A DNA stretch of 64,000 nucleotides from Tetramitus jugosus (lineage: Eukaryota > Protista > Heterolobosea). Location: the NCBI GenBank assembly GCA_937625935.1, contig OW569366.1:62001-126000 (forward strand), given 5' to 3'. Of this stretch, positions 10,502-20,932 are shown one piece after another. The notes beneath the pieces are model-generated. The model was not told where the DNA came from. It was given only the letters and a program-made list of their open reading frames with translations, and made no database searches. Numbering within the stretch: position 1 is the stretch's first letter; every line of letters begins with the position of its first letter. The position numbers and the translations under genes are program-made.

Positions 10502-11872
10502 TTAATTCGTAGTAAGAAGAGTGATATCACAAAGTAGTCCCATTTGCTGAGCAACAAGTAGCTTGCTTGGTATAATAGAATGTGGGATCGGGACACGATA
10601 AAGGAATGTGTGTTGGCTTCCAGTTTGACCACAGGCTACACGGAGCTCACTGTCAATAGAACCTTGACAAGTCCTTGGTAAACTAATTTCCATCAATTCA
10701 TCATCATCTTGCGATGAATCTTCATTGGGACTGAAGCCACAGTACATTTTCTCGCCATATACATAAACACGTCCCTCCATTGATACAAGCACAACATAGT
10801 TTTCTCCACAATTGTAATCAAGTACTGTCCCTATCGACAAAGGAATCTCCGTGATTATGGATTGGAAATTACCCTTGTAATTCTCTCCACAACCATAAAA
10901 TTTGTTGGACTCTGTTCGAAACACTGTGAAATCCTGACCACATCTCGCATCTGCCAATCTTTCACTTTGAGGAAGATTCGTGATCAAAACAGGGCTTAAT
11001 ACATCATGCCGAGATCTAGACTCCCGTGACTCCAAGCCACATTGGCCATGATAGTTATAACCCCAAGAGTAAGCGGACCCATGTTCTGTGATGACTATGG
11101 AATGATATCGGCCACAGCTTACAGCCTTGATCGCCATCACTCCACAGAGATCAGGATGATTCACTCCAATAGGAACGGAACTTGGTCTAATCTTGTGTCC
11201 CTGACCCAGAGATCCAAATGAACAATATCCAGAAGTATAAACACAATTATCATCTGTTACAAACACTGTGTGATACGCACCAGGTGCAACAAGTTTCAAC
11301 TTTTTGTCCTCTATGCTCTTCCACTGTTCCACGCCATAAATCTGTGATGCAGTGAGTACTCCACACTCTCCATAACTGTTGCGGCCTGTGACATACACGT
11401 GCTCATACCCTGCACTAATGAAAAATGTATGATGTTTTCCACTCTTTGTCTCCACGATATTACAATTGGTCAACTCTGGTATCAATGTCACTTGTTCCAC
11501 AACGAAAATCGACTCTGGCAAAGCACAACTACCATATGCATTACTACCACAACAAAACACGCGTCTATGATTGGTCACAAACACACTGTGAGCTTCCCCA
11601 CAGGAAACATTGACCACGTATTCACCCCGCGCAAACAGTTCTCTCTCAGATGCAAACTCCTCTCCAATAGAGCCATACTGCACAACTGAAGCAAACGCTT
11701 GTACGAGCTCGGATGTCTCGGCATCAGGTCTTTTGCGGGTCAGATAGTCGCCAATAGTGCCCTGTTGGGCATAGAAGGAACGGTTGAACCCAGTTTGATG
11801 GAAATTTGAGAGTCCAGCACCGTAGACGTTCAACTCTCTTTGAAGGTGTTGGCTTCCGCCAAGTGTGCACAT
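10502..11872 (-). CDS. RCC1-repeat protein
   Basis: Repeated VSCG..HS...G.N.YG.CG RCC1 units. Confidence 0.88.
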   Translation of the reverse strand: MCTLGGSQHLQRELNVYGAGLSNFHQTGFNRSFYAQQGTIGDYLTRKRPDAETSELVQAFASVVQYGSIGEEFASERELFARGEYVVNVSCGEAHSVFVTNHRRVFCCGSNAYGSCALPESIFVVEQVTLIPELTNCNIVETKSGKHHTFFISAGYEHVYVTGRNSYGECGVLTASQIYGVEQWKSIEDKKLKLVAPGAYHTVFVTDDNCVYTSGYCSFGSLGQGHKIRPSSVPIGVNHPDLCGVMAIKAVSCGRYHSIVITEHGSAYSWGYNYHGQCGLESRESRSRHDVLSPVLITNLPQSERLADARCGQDFTVFRTESNKFYGCGENYKGNFQSIITEIPLSIGTVLDYNCGENYVVLVSMEGRVYVYGEKMYCGFSPNEDSSQDDDELMEISLPRTCQGSIDSELRVACGQTGSQHTFLYRVPIPHSIIPSKLLVAQQMGLLCDITLLTTN

Positions 11873-11919
11873 GTGTATCTCGATAATTGTTTCCGCAAAA
11901 CAAAAAAAACAAGAACAAA

Positions 11920-12039
11920 AGCCTACATTACTGAGGGTTCTCGAGTAGTCTCCTATCTCAATACTAACTCAGCCAGATGGTGCTTAACTTCTCTATTCGA
12001 AATGGGAAGAGGTGGTTCCACCATTGTATGAACGTAGAC
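11920..12039 (-). rRNA. 5S rRNA gene, copy 1
   Basis: Reverse complement reads GTCTACGTTCATAC...GAAGTTAAGC (box A)...GTTAGTA...GATAGGAGAC (box C)...TGTAGGCT. It is 120 nt, the ends pair, and a T-run terminator follows. Confidence 0.93.
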
Positions 12040-12078
12040 ACTCTAAAACTGGAATTGAGCTATTTCCACATTATTATT

Positions 12079-12701
12079 ATGGGCCAAGAGGGCAACAAAC
12101 CGGTTCCGATACCGGAACAAGAAGTTGCACAAAGAACTGCTCCTGGTCTGATGGAGACAGAAGAACAAAGGAGTGCAACACCACTGCCAACAGTGCCTGT
12201 TGCACAGCTCAGCGCTGAAAATCAGCAAATCCTGGAGCAAGTGAATGTTACTTCTCCAGTGTTTGCTAGAGCGAAGAAGGAAATTGCTGCATTGGCACTG
12301 GCCAGTGCACGCAAAAGGTATGGTTTGACTGAGGACGAACCAGTCATTGTGGATGTGGACGACGACTCCGAAAAGGAGATTCAAAGTCCACAACTCAATG
12401 ACAACAAGAAGAGGAGTGCTAGGATCACACTGGGTGATCTGAGGAGCAACAAGGCCCAAAACAAGAAAACAACAACAGATGGCTCTGTGTCCATCGGCGG
12501 TCCTACTACAAGGTTACGCTCTTTGATGAAGGGCATCAATCAAAACACTCACTTGAGTGATTCTTCCAACCTGTAGGTGCACCGTCGGGGACAACAAGAG
12601 AAGAAGAGTGAGCGACGCCCTACGGGTCGTCACTCACAAAACAAGTCAATAAATGAGCAATCGTGTGCTTGCGCACACTTGGTTGTATGGAACAAAAAAA
12701 A
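12079..12701 (+). mobile_element. Short non-LTR retroelement insertion upstream of 5S copy 1, with a 165-aa ORF (12079-12576), 3' stem-loops and poly(A)
   Basis: Flanked by the 17-bp direct repeat atttccacattattatt (12062-12078 and 12702-12718). Ends AATAAA...TGGTTGTATGGAAC plus an A-run, resembling the 3' end of the large LINE. Confidence 0.8.
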
Positions 12702-12908
12702 ATTTCCACATTATTATTGTGCTGGCGGAAGACATATCGGTTTCACTCCTTTCACGTTAGTTCTTGCGTTCTTTTCCACTACTGTTGCTTTGAACTGTTA
12801 GTAGACACTCCCATGCTGAACGGTTCCTTGCTCACTGTCAGTGCTAGACAACCTCTAGAATAGATCGACAACTACGAACCAAACACTTTTTGGTGACCAA
12901 AAAATGTG

Positions 12909-13200
12909 CCTTGTGATTGGTTAATTCTCTAGCTTCATTCCGTTCTTCGCCAGTGCATCAGTAACTTCGTCAAGAGCTTCACTCTCAATGCCCATCATTC
13001 CCGTGAGGTACTCCCGACAGGACTTCCGAGATCTCGGGAAAGCAACCCGTTTCTGAACACCACCTTGTCAAATCACAAATTTACAGTCGATCCTCGATGC
13101 AATGGAAGTCTGAGCAGTTTGTTTTAAACTTCCAACAAAAGTTTTCGACCAGTATCGATTGCACACTGGCACCTGATCAGACATTGAATGAGGTATCATA
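12909..13200 (-). mobile_element. Older decayed LINE ORF2 C-terminal fragment
   Basis: Minus strand translates to CLIRC..NL*FDKVVF..SRKSCREYLTGMMGIESEALDEVTDAL, homologous to LINE-A CLIRC..IWFDNVVW..RKTSKEFLSGMMGVENEAVEQV. The 12-bp ccaaaaaatgtg at 12897-12908 repeats 13965-13976. Confidence 0.72.
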
Positions 13201-13214
13201 CACACCAAAAATTG

Positions 13215-13960
13215 TTTTTTCCATACAACACTTGTTGCCACTTTATTCTATACACTACAGTGAGACATGATTCCGCTCAGCACCGTTAGGTGACGACCAG
13301 TGTTTCATCTCTCTTCACAACAGAATTGATAAATACCTTGTGTAGTGCCTTGATGCAGGCACGTTTGGTTGAGTCGACGACTCCCTTAATCCTTTTCTCT
13401 GCCTCCCTCTTCTTGCGTCCTTTAAGATTTAGTTCCTCCAGATTTAGTTCCTCCCTATGTCTTCCTCTTTACCCATCAATCGTTCAAGAAGCCCCTCTGC
13501 AGATCTTTTGATGTTTCGTGGTTGGATCTCCCCTCCCCCAAAAATTGCATCATTCGAACCATAGAGCCAACTTGGCAGTGTCTGGTGGTTTCATCCTTAC
13601 AACTTGTCTTTTAGTTCCTCTGCCACTTTACTTCTTGCTGCTTTGGCATGATCACACTCAACCAGCAGATGAATGATGGTCTCGGACTTTTGCCACAAAG
13701 AGAACATGAAACATCGCCTAGGACATTGTACAACTTCTGCATGACCTCTTTCGTATGCAAGGTACCACTCCTGACTTGGTGGTAGAACCACAGTTCCTTC
13801 CTGTCCAGTCCAAAAGGACATTTCAAGAAATAGTTCCACTCCACCAAACGCCGAATCAAGCCACCATCCTCCATTTAATCCAATAATCTCTGTCCTCTGC
13901 TTTGAAAATGATACCACTACTCCTTCTCGAATGTTAGGATTCTCGTTGGCCATTGTTAGG
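13215..13960 (-). mobile_element. 5'-truncated LINE copy upstream of 5S copy 2
   Basis: CSLC..ETIIHLLVEC zinc knuckle (frameshifted). Ends TKRACIKALHKVFI, compare LINE-A VKRRCVDTLHRLFI. Then AATAAA-GGCAAC..GTTGTATGG-A6. Degenerate TSD with 12/14 match (13201-13214 and 13961-13974). Confidence 0.8.
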
Positions 13961-14003
13961 CACCCCAAAAAATGTGGAAATAGTTCAATTCCAGTTTTAG
14001 AGT

Positions 14004-14123
14004 GTCTACGTTCATACAATGGTGGAACCACCTCTTCCCATTTCGAATAGAGAAGTTAAGCACCATCTGGCTGAGTTAGTATTGAGATAGGAGACTACTC
14101 GAGAACCCTCAGTAATGTAGGCT
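14004..14123 (+). rRNA. 5S rRNA gene, copy 2
   Basis: Appears identical to copy 1. TTTTT terminator at 14123-14127. Shares 33 bp of upstream sequence with copy 1 (one mismatch). Confidence 0.93.
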
Positions 14124-14170
14124 TTTTGTTTGTGAGAATCTGGAAAGTTTAAACAAGAAATTATTTAATA

Positions 14171-14581
14171 TCAATTACTTCTTGTTCTTTTCAAGTTCTG
14201 ACACCTTAGATTTGTTTTGTGTTTCTCTTTCCTCGGCATTGAATAGGTTGTTTTTTGTGCAACCTTTTTGTAGCGAAGTATTTTGTAGATGGTGCCTGTG
14301 GTCCAGTCACAGAAGAATCTCTCAGTGTTGTAGCACACACCATTGCAACATCTCTCATTCTTTTCACAGACACAGTTCTGTTTGGGATTGTACTTATCTG
14401 GCAAACATGAGTGAGTGAAAGGGTTGTAACAAAGTTGGCGATTTCCCATCACATAGATCTTACAACAAAGATCATTTGTTAGGCATTTCTGCTTTCCACA
14501 GTACAGAACTTGGGCAGAGCAGGTTGCATACCCAATGAAACTAAGAACAATAGCAATGAACAGAATCGGAAGAGTGTTCAT
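14171..14581 (-). CDS. Small secreted cysteine-rich protein
   Basis: Signal peptide MNTLPILFIAIVLSFIGYATCSA; CG..CYNP..C..CCNGVCYN pattern, weakly like CBM52 carbohydrate-binding modules. Confidence 0.6.
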   Translation of the reverse strand: MNTLPILFIAIVLSFIGYATCSAQVLYCGKQKCLTNDLCCKIYVMGNRQLCYNPFTHSCLPDKYNPKQNCVCEKNERCCNGVCYNTERFFCDWTTGTIYKILRYKKVAQKTTYSMPRKEKHKTNLRCQNLKRTRSN

Positions 14582-14789
14582 TGTTTCCAGAGTGTTTCCT
14601 TTGTGTTTGATTTTTTCTTGACTTTCCCAATTCATTTTAAACAACGATGTTCTTCCTTCGTCATTGTATTGATGGCAATTTGTCCGAAATCCTTCTATCG
14701 GAGTTAGAATCCAATAATAATCCAAACTCCTTAAGAAAACAACAGATGAGATTGAATTGTAACATAAGAAAGAAATAGATGTTTAATTG

Positions 14790-17455
14790 TCAGTTTATTT
14801 GTTGTTGCTGGTGGACCTTTTGTATAGCCTCTAGGATTGCCGTGTGACAAAAAATGTATTGCTCCTTGTTTTGAACCATTCCTATCCGTTGCATCTTCAG
14901 CTGTTTCACTATATTGTACACATTGAAATCGAACTTGTCACCAGAGTTGGTGATCGACACACCATGATCCTTGATCCACTTGAGGTATTGACGATACTGT
15001 GAAAGTATAATGTGTATACAGCAAAACGTTCCTGTCCGCCCTATACCAGCACTACAATGTGTCACAATAGGTTTGTTTGCAAGTGAGGCATCTCTCTCCT
15101 TGATATCCTCAATCTTGTTAATCATTCTTAGTATGGTATCTGTGTGAGCTGGAACACCCATGTCAGGCCATCCCGTGTACTGGAAAAAGTAAATCTTGCG
15201 TTGTTGTGTCATGAGAGTCGTGTAGCCATTCGAGTCTGCAGCTCCAAAATCATCGACATGATCAGGCACACACTCACCATGGTGATCATCGACCATGCTT
15301 GAGTAGCGCGTGGAGGCTGTTGTGGGTGTTTTTGAGTCGTTGGGAACGATGGGTGTTATGTACATTTCTCTGAAAATCAGATCACTAAAACCACTCTCAC
15401 ACACAGTTTCCAATAAATAGGATCCATTGTCCACAGGCATACAATCGCCAATCGAAGGCCAGTACTTGTGCACTCGATTCTTGTTGAAAGCCATGTCAAA
15501 TGGACTGCAGGATGATGAAGATGGCACTTGTTGCATCATATCACTCTCATCATCAACAAGTTCATTTGTCAGCATGACAATGATGCGAGTATCTTGTTCG
15601 TACACCATTCTCCAAAAGTCTCCAATCGTCTTTGGCAACGGTGCTTGTGTGGCAATGTACACTGGTGGTTGAGGCTTTGGCACTTGTTGAAAGTGCTGTT
15701 GCGATGACTCAATTGCAATATAGTTGGCATTGATGTAGTCTGTGGGGACAGTTGGCTGAGAACAGAAGAATGAACCAGATTTCGTCGTCGTTGTTTTCAC
15801 ATTGAGCTTAACTCTTGTACTCTCATCTGCACATACACACATTGAAAAAAAATATGATTAGTTTTTAAATCCTGTCCATCATTAATTACAATCACAAAAA
15901 AATAAAAGATGATATGGTTGTCTCTCCAACTGGTACCAACAACAATAAACTTGCTACAAAAAAACAAGTTCAAAAAAAATGACTTACTGGGCAGCACATT
16001 CTTGTACCGGTTCTTGGCCGAATTTGAATATCCACTCAAGTACACACCACCGCACCGCTTCATCTGTTCATCCAACTTTGACAATTGACTAAACTCTAGT
16101 TCATATCCATCGGGCTTTGCCGCCGTCGAATCAGATGACGACATGGAAGGAGAATTTGAAAAGCTCTCTCTTCGTGCGTTGGCCTGCATCCGATGTTGCT
16201 TAAATTGTGCCAAATCCTCTTTGACATCAAACACATCGGAACTGGACGATGCAAACGAAAAAATGAGACTTCCATTCTTTATCCTCGTGCTATTACTACT
16301 ATTACTACTACTACTACTATTGTTACCATTGTTATCCAAAGATGTTGACGATGTGGATGACGACAATGTCTGTGGTTGAAACGCCTGTTTCAATTGTGAA
16401 ACATGCTGTGACAAGTGAAACACTGGACTCATCATTTTTTGATCATTCAACTCATCACACTGAAAATGAACCAATGGTAAGCACGGTGTCGTCGTCATGC
16501 ACGATCCTCCAGAAGAGTTAAACGTCGATGATGTCATGGTTGGTTGTCTCTTGAACACAAACGTATTTTGTTGTTGAGACTTGCAACTTGCATATTGACT
16601 CCCATTCGCAGCAGTAGAAGCAAGTGAAGTAGTAGTAGTCGATGGTGGTAGTGGTGGTGGTGGAGAAACAATGGCAGAATCAACGAGCTTACTATGTTTT
16701 TCTTGTCCCAGAAATCGACCAAATGTCTTCATCATTTCAACCTTGAGTGCTCTCTTGTATGAAATCTTCTTCTTGACTGTCGTAGGTGTCGGCGTACTAC
16801 TCACACCTTGACAACTATTTGGACTACTCTGATGATTACTCTGATGATGATTATTGACATTGGATGGTGATAATAATAATGAAGATGATGATGATGATGA
16901 TGAACCAAATTGAATATCAATTGAACAGGAAGAAATGGGTGTGTGAACAGAGAGTGATGAAGTAATGGTTGTCACTGGAGAAAAACCACCTCCATTACCA
17001 CTACTACTATTGTTATGATTGTTCATTTGAGGATGACTATGATGATGACTATGATGAAATGAATGATTGATTGATAGTAACGACGATGATGCTGATGATG
17101 CTGATGATGCAGATGACGATGATGGGGATATGGATGATGCAGACGATGATGAAAATGATGATGATGATGCTGCTGGTACTATTTGATGTGACTGATGTGG
17201 TTGTTTCTTATGAGAAATGACAAGTGGACTCGGTAGTGTAAAATTATGATTGTGCATGTGTGTTGTAGTAGTAGTAGTAGTAGTTTGATTATCCATGTAA
17301 TTATCAATAAAATTTATGCTCTTGCTATTATTATTATTATTGTTGTTATTGTTACTATGATGTTGTTGTTGTTGATGATGATGAGGGGTATCCATGGAAT
17401 CTAAAATGTGCTCGCTTGTTGATGATAGTTCACTTTTGCTTGAGAATGAATACAT
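14790..17455 (-). CDS. Classical protein-tyrosine phosphatase; 2 exons, intron 15827-15987
   Basis: Spliced sequence gives KNRYKNVLPN-ESTRVKL. Also DYINAN, ATQAP, WPD, HCSAGIGRTG and QRIGMVQNKEQY. GTAAGT..GCAG intron; low-complexity N-terminus. Confidence 0.93.
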
Positions 17456-18919
17456 ATTGTGTTTGTTATCGTTGTTATCGTTGTTGGAATAATGAGCAAA
17501 ATATTCAGGAGGAGGAGATCTCTCAAAAATGGAATGTGCGCCTGGTTTTTTTTTCTATTCGTACGTTCGGATGGGTGTGTGATCCAACAGAAAGGAACTC
17601 TTCGTTTGAAACTTGGGGGGGGATTTTTTTTCACGCGTTGAGAGGTTCCTTTTTTTTTGTGGGAGAGAATAAAAGTGTCAGTCGCTGTTGTTGCTTGCTG
17701 ATGTTTGTTGTTTGGTGGACCAAGCTTTTGTCTGTTGTTGGTAATGGTGTGGTGGTTAGATTCCAAGAACAAGTTTCTAGTTCACGCCGGATATTTTTTG
17801 TCTCTCAGCAACTGTTTTTTTTGGGTCGAAAGAGAGAGTTGGGGAGCAAAATGTCTGTCTCTCTATGTGGTTGGTTTGTTTGTTGCTATGTTGCGTAGAC
17901 AATTGGGAAATGACAAGCAAACAAAAGTAGGGTCACCAGATTCTGGACTAGCTTTGGGTTAAAAAAAGAGGGGAGGAATTCGTGTGTTTGTGGTGTTGTG
18001 ATTAGTTGGGACACAAGGAGCTTCAAAACACTGTGGTCGGTCTCTGCTCGTTTTTTTTTAATTGGAAACTAACTCAACCAGATGGAAAATTGATCAGACC
18101 TTCAGAGAGAAACAAAAGGTGTGAAGAGATCGAGGTGAGAAGGGAAGAGACGCAGTGCGTGATGAAAAACAGGAGAGATGTGTTGGTTTTGGGAGAGTCT
18201 CCACGCTGTCTTGCTCTGAGGGAAGTTTGGCCGTTTTCTTGGATTCAGTCGCGCGCTGAAAAAAAATAAAGTTCGGTCAAGGCTGTGACTTCTGATTCAG
18301 GCAGGAAGTCCTGACGAACATGAGACAACGTCATTTACTCCAGACTGAAGAACTCCCTCACAAAACGTTTTGTGGCGATGATCGTAGTCTAACAAATGTT
18401 CTGAGGAAACGAACAGCGTTCGGCAGGAGATGAAAGTCAACCAAATCTCAGTTGACCAAAAATTTCTTCTTTGCATGTTCCAAGAACTAAAATCAAGTTC
18501 TTGTGAATACCCTAAGGATAAATTGTCGGGTGCCCGCACATTCTGAGAAAACGGAAGAAATCGCACAACAAAACCCGATTCTACGGGATGTAACGCTTGA
18601 CAGAGCTCAAAGTTGGATATCAATCCTGCAGACAGCCGTTTTCATGTCAATTCTTTGCGTCTAACAAGTGAACACCTATTGTTATTATCTTCGAACCACA
18701 ATGAACCCTCCAGAAATTCGCGAGAAAAGGTCGGTGTTTATTTGTCGGAGGATTCAAAATTTTTACCGTTACTCCTGAAACTAAACGTTATCCCCGACAA
18801 GAATATTGGGTCTGATGACCAGAGAAACACACTCAACACTCGAGCAGCAAGCCACTAGTCACTAGAAGGTTGAATTCTTCAGCAACAAACAAACGACAAA
18901 ACAGAACGAAACTGTACTC

Positions 18920-20885
18920 ATGGAAACTCTGACACAAGCTTCCAACAAGGAAAATACGCACCAAATTTTTCAATGGACAACTGGTAACCTGGACGAATAC
19001 AGGGCCAGAATTCGTGCTCAATTCAAGTAAGTAATTACTGACTGCTTTTCTCTTGCCACTTTACCCAATACATTTACTGAAATTAACAACATTTGTTTGA
19101 CCACTCAGCCCCAACAATGTCGAACCTCATCGTCACGAAAGACAACTCACAGAAATTCACAACTTGCAAAATATCTTGAAGGCAACGACTCCAAAAAAGG
19201 AACACTCGACAAGCAAAAAATTGTCGAAAGGCAACGATACTTCCTGCATAATACAACCATCGACGAGAAGTGCCTTGAACAAATCACGTCAATCACTCTC
19301 TGCCAGTGCTCTCAATACTTCTCGATCCACAAATGCCAATCGTCTTCTTGCTCCAACGTTGGCTTCACAAGGCAGAGCTCTTGCGGTCAAATCATCTCAG
19401 AACCAAAGTAAGAATCAACCAAAGACGCCCAAACGCGATGTTCCTGATTTTCAGAGACGATTCCAAGTTTTGCACGAGAAGGAACAGCAGAGATTGACCA
19501 AATTTCAACAAGGTCGAAGAAAGAGCACAAAACCATCAGAGTTCAACTTGAGTTCGTCACAGCGCGTCAACAATAGCTCTACAGCTTCAAATCGTTCCAT
19601 GAATGACAGTAGAGTTTCACTTTCGCGCCAATCCCTTGGTTCATCCAAATCGATGAACCACCCTGCTCAACCACACTTGGAGTTTGAAGCTGATCCCTCT
19701 GCTTTGCAATCCATTTTGAACTCGCACTACGATGAACAGACGAATCGAGTCGAAGAAGTGAATCACGATGCACGAAGAGCGACAACAAATGGACACTTTT
19801 TAAACTCTTCTCAAAAATCAACAGATGTCAATCAGAGCTTTTCTGCTGACAATAGCAGATTGTCTCTTAGGAATACACTTGGATCTTGCTCTAGACCTTC
19901 TCTTGGCCTTCCACAGCGAGTAAAGAAGACGGTCAAGCCGACACTGAGTCGTGTGGGCACAAACTCTCTTTTGAGCTCGGATCAATTTGGAATGAGCACT
20001 GAAATGAAGAAACAATATCAAGATATTATCAAGTCGGCATCCAAGGAGTCTGCCATCAAGAAGAGAAACATCAATGCAACTGATTTCTCTCATGCTCGGG
20101 ATTTGTTTGCTGATGGAGGGTTTGGTTCTTCAACAACAAGCAATGCCAATGTTAATACATCAATGATAGTCAGTGACACTGTTGTTGATGAATCAATGAC
20201 TAATCATTTGCGATTTTCAATGGGTGGTGCAATGGACAAGAGAATCATGACGCCTCACAGCAGTCGTCGAAAGTCGGATCATATTGAGAACTTTTCTCAT
20301 TTTCTAACACCATCCACCAAGAAGTTGCTGAGTAGGAGTGTTGCTGCTGAACAAGCCGCGTCAACAAATCGGGCCTCAGTCAATCCCGTGTACAATTCTA
20401 ATGCAACTCAAGCAACATCCTCTTCCTCACTTTACGATATGGAGGACGATCCAGAGTTGACCAACCTTATTTATCGAATTACAACTCAATCACCTGTAAG
20501 AATGACACCTGTTCGAGTTTTATCTAGCTCGATTCGGCCTACAAAACCAATTTTTAATGAAGAGAATGGAGCCACTCAACCATACTACGATTCCGGAAAG
20601 ATGGACATTACCCCTCACGATCGAACTGGAGCAGAGAATCCAATTAGTAAGATACTGTCTGATAGAACACTTCGAACATCGAGCGAGTATGTGATGGGCG
20701 ATCATCCTTCTGTTAAGCGGATACTCGACTTCTATTCATTCAATGAACCCAACGAGAATGATAGCCAACGGTTTAATTACGCTCCCACAATGTTTAGGAG
20801 CCTAGATTTTAATTACGAGGATGGTACTGAGGAAGTACATCCATCAGATTTCAATCGTGGTGATTCCATGTTGACATCACCTTAA
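18920..20885 (+). CDS. Ser/Thr/Asn-rich, largely disordered protein, possibly microtubule-associated; intron 19027-19108
   Basis: ATG 18920; a GTAAGT..CAG intron joins in frame to the 573-aa ORF. Confidence 0.7.
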
Positions 20886-20932
20886 TGAGAATGCCAGAGA
20901 TTAAATTATCACTTTTTGTACATAAAATTCGT

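Noticed and set aside
11977-12078. N-terminal parts of ORFs 11977-12576, 12012-12218 and 13597-14031 (MVPPLYERR...)
   Set aside because: They are antisense read-through of the 5S gene and its upstream sequence.
11917-14126. DNA transposon or DIRS element bounded by about 155-bp terminal inverted repeats
   Set aside because: The repeats are two divergent 5S rRNA genes, and the interior is made of LINE fragments with their own TSDs.
16290-17385. Trinucleotide tracts (gat, tta, gta, ttg) as repeat arrays or CRISPR
   Set aside because: They encode ordinary poly-S/N/T/Q/H low-complexity protein with no repeat-spacer structure.
17456-18919. Short ORFs in the long divergent intergenic region
   Set aside because: Low complexity with no recognisable domains; likely UTR/promoter DNA.
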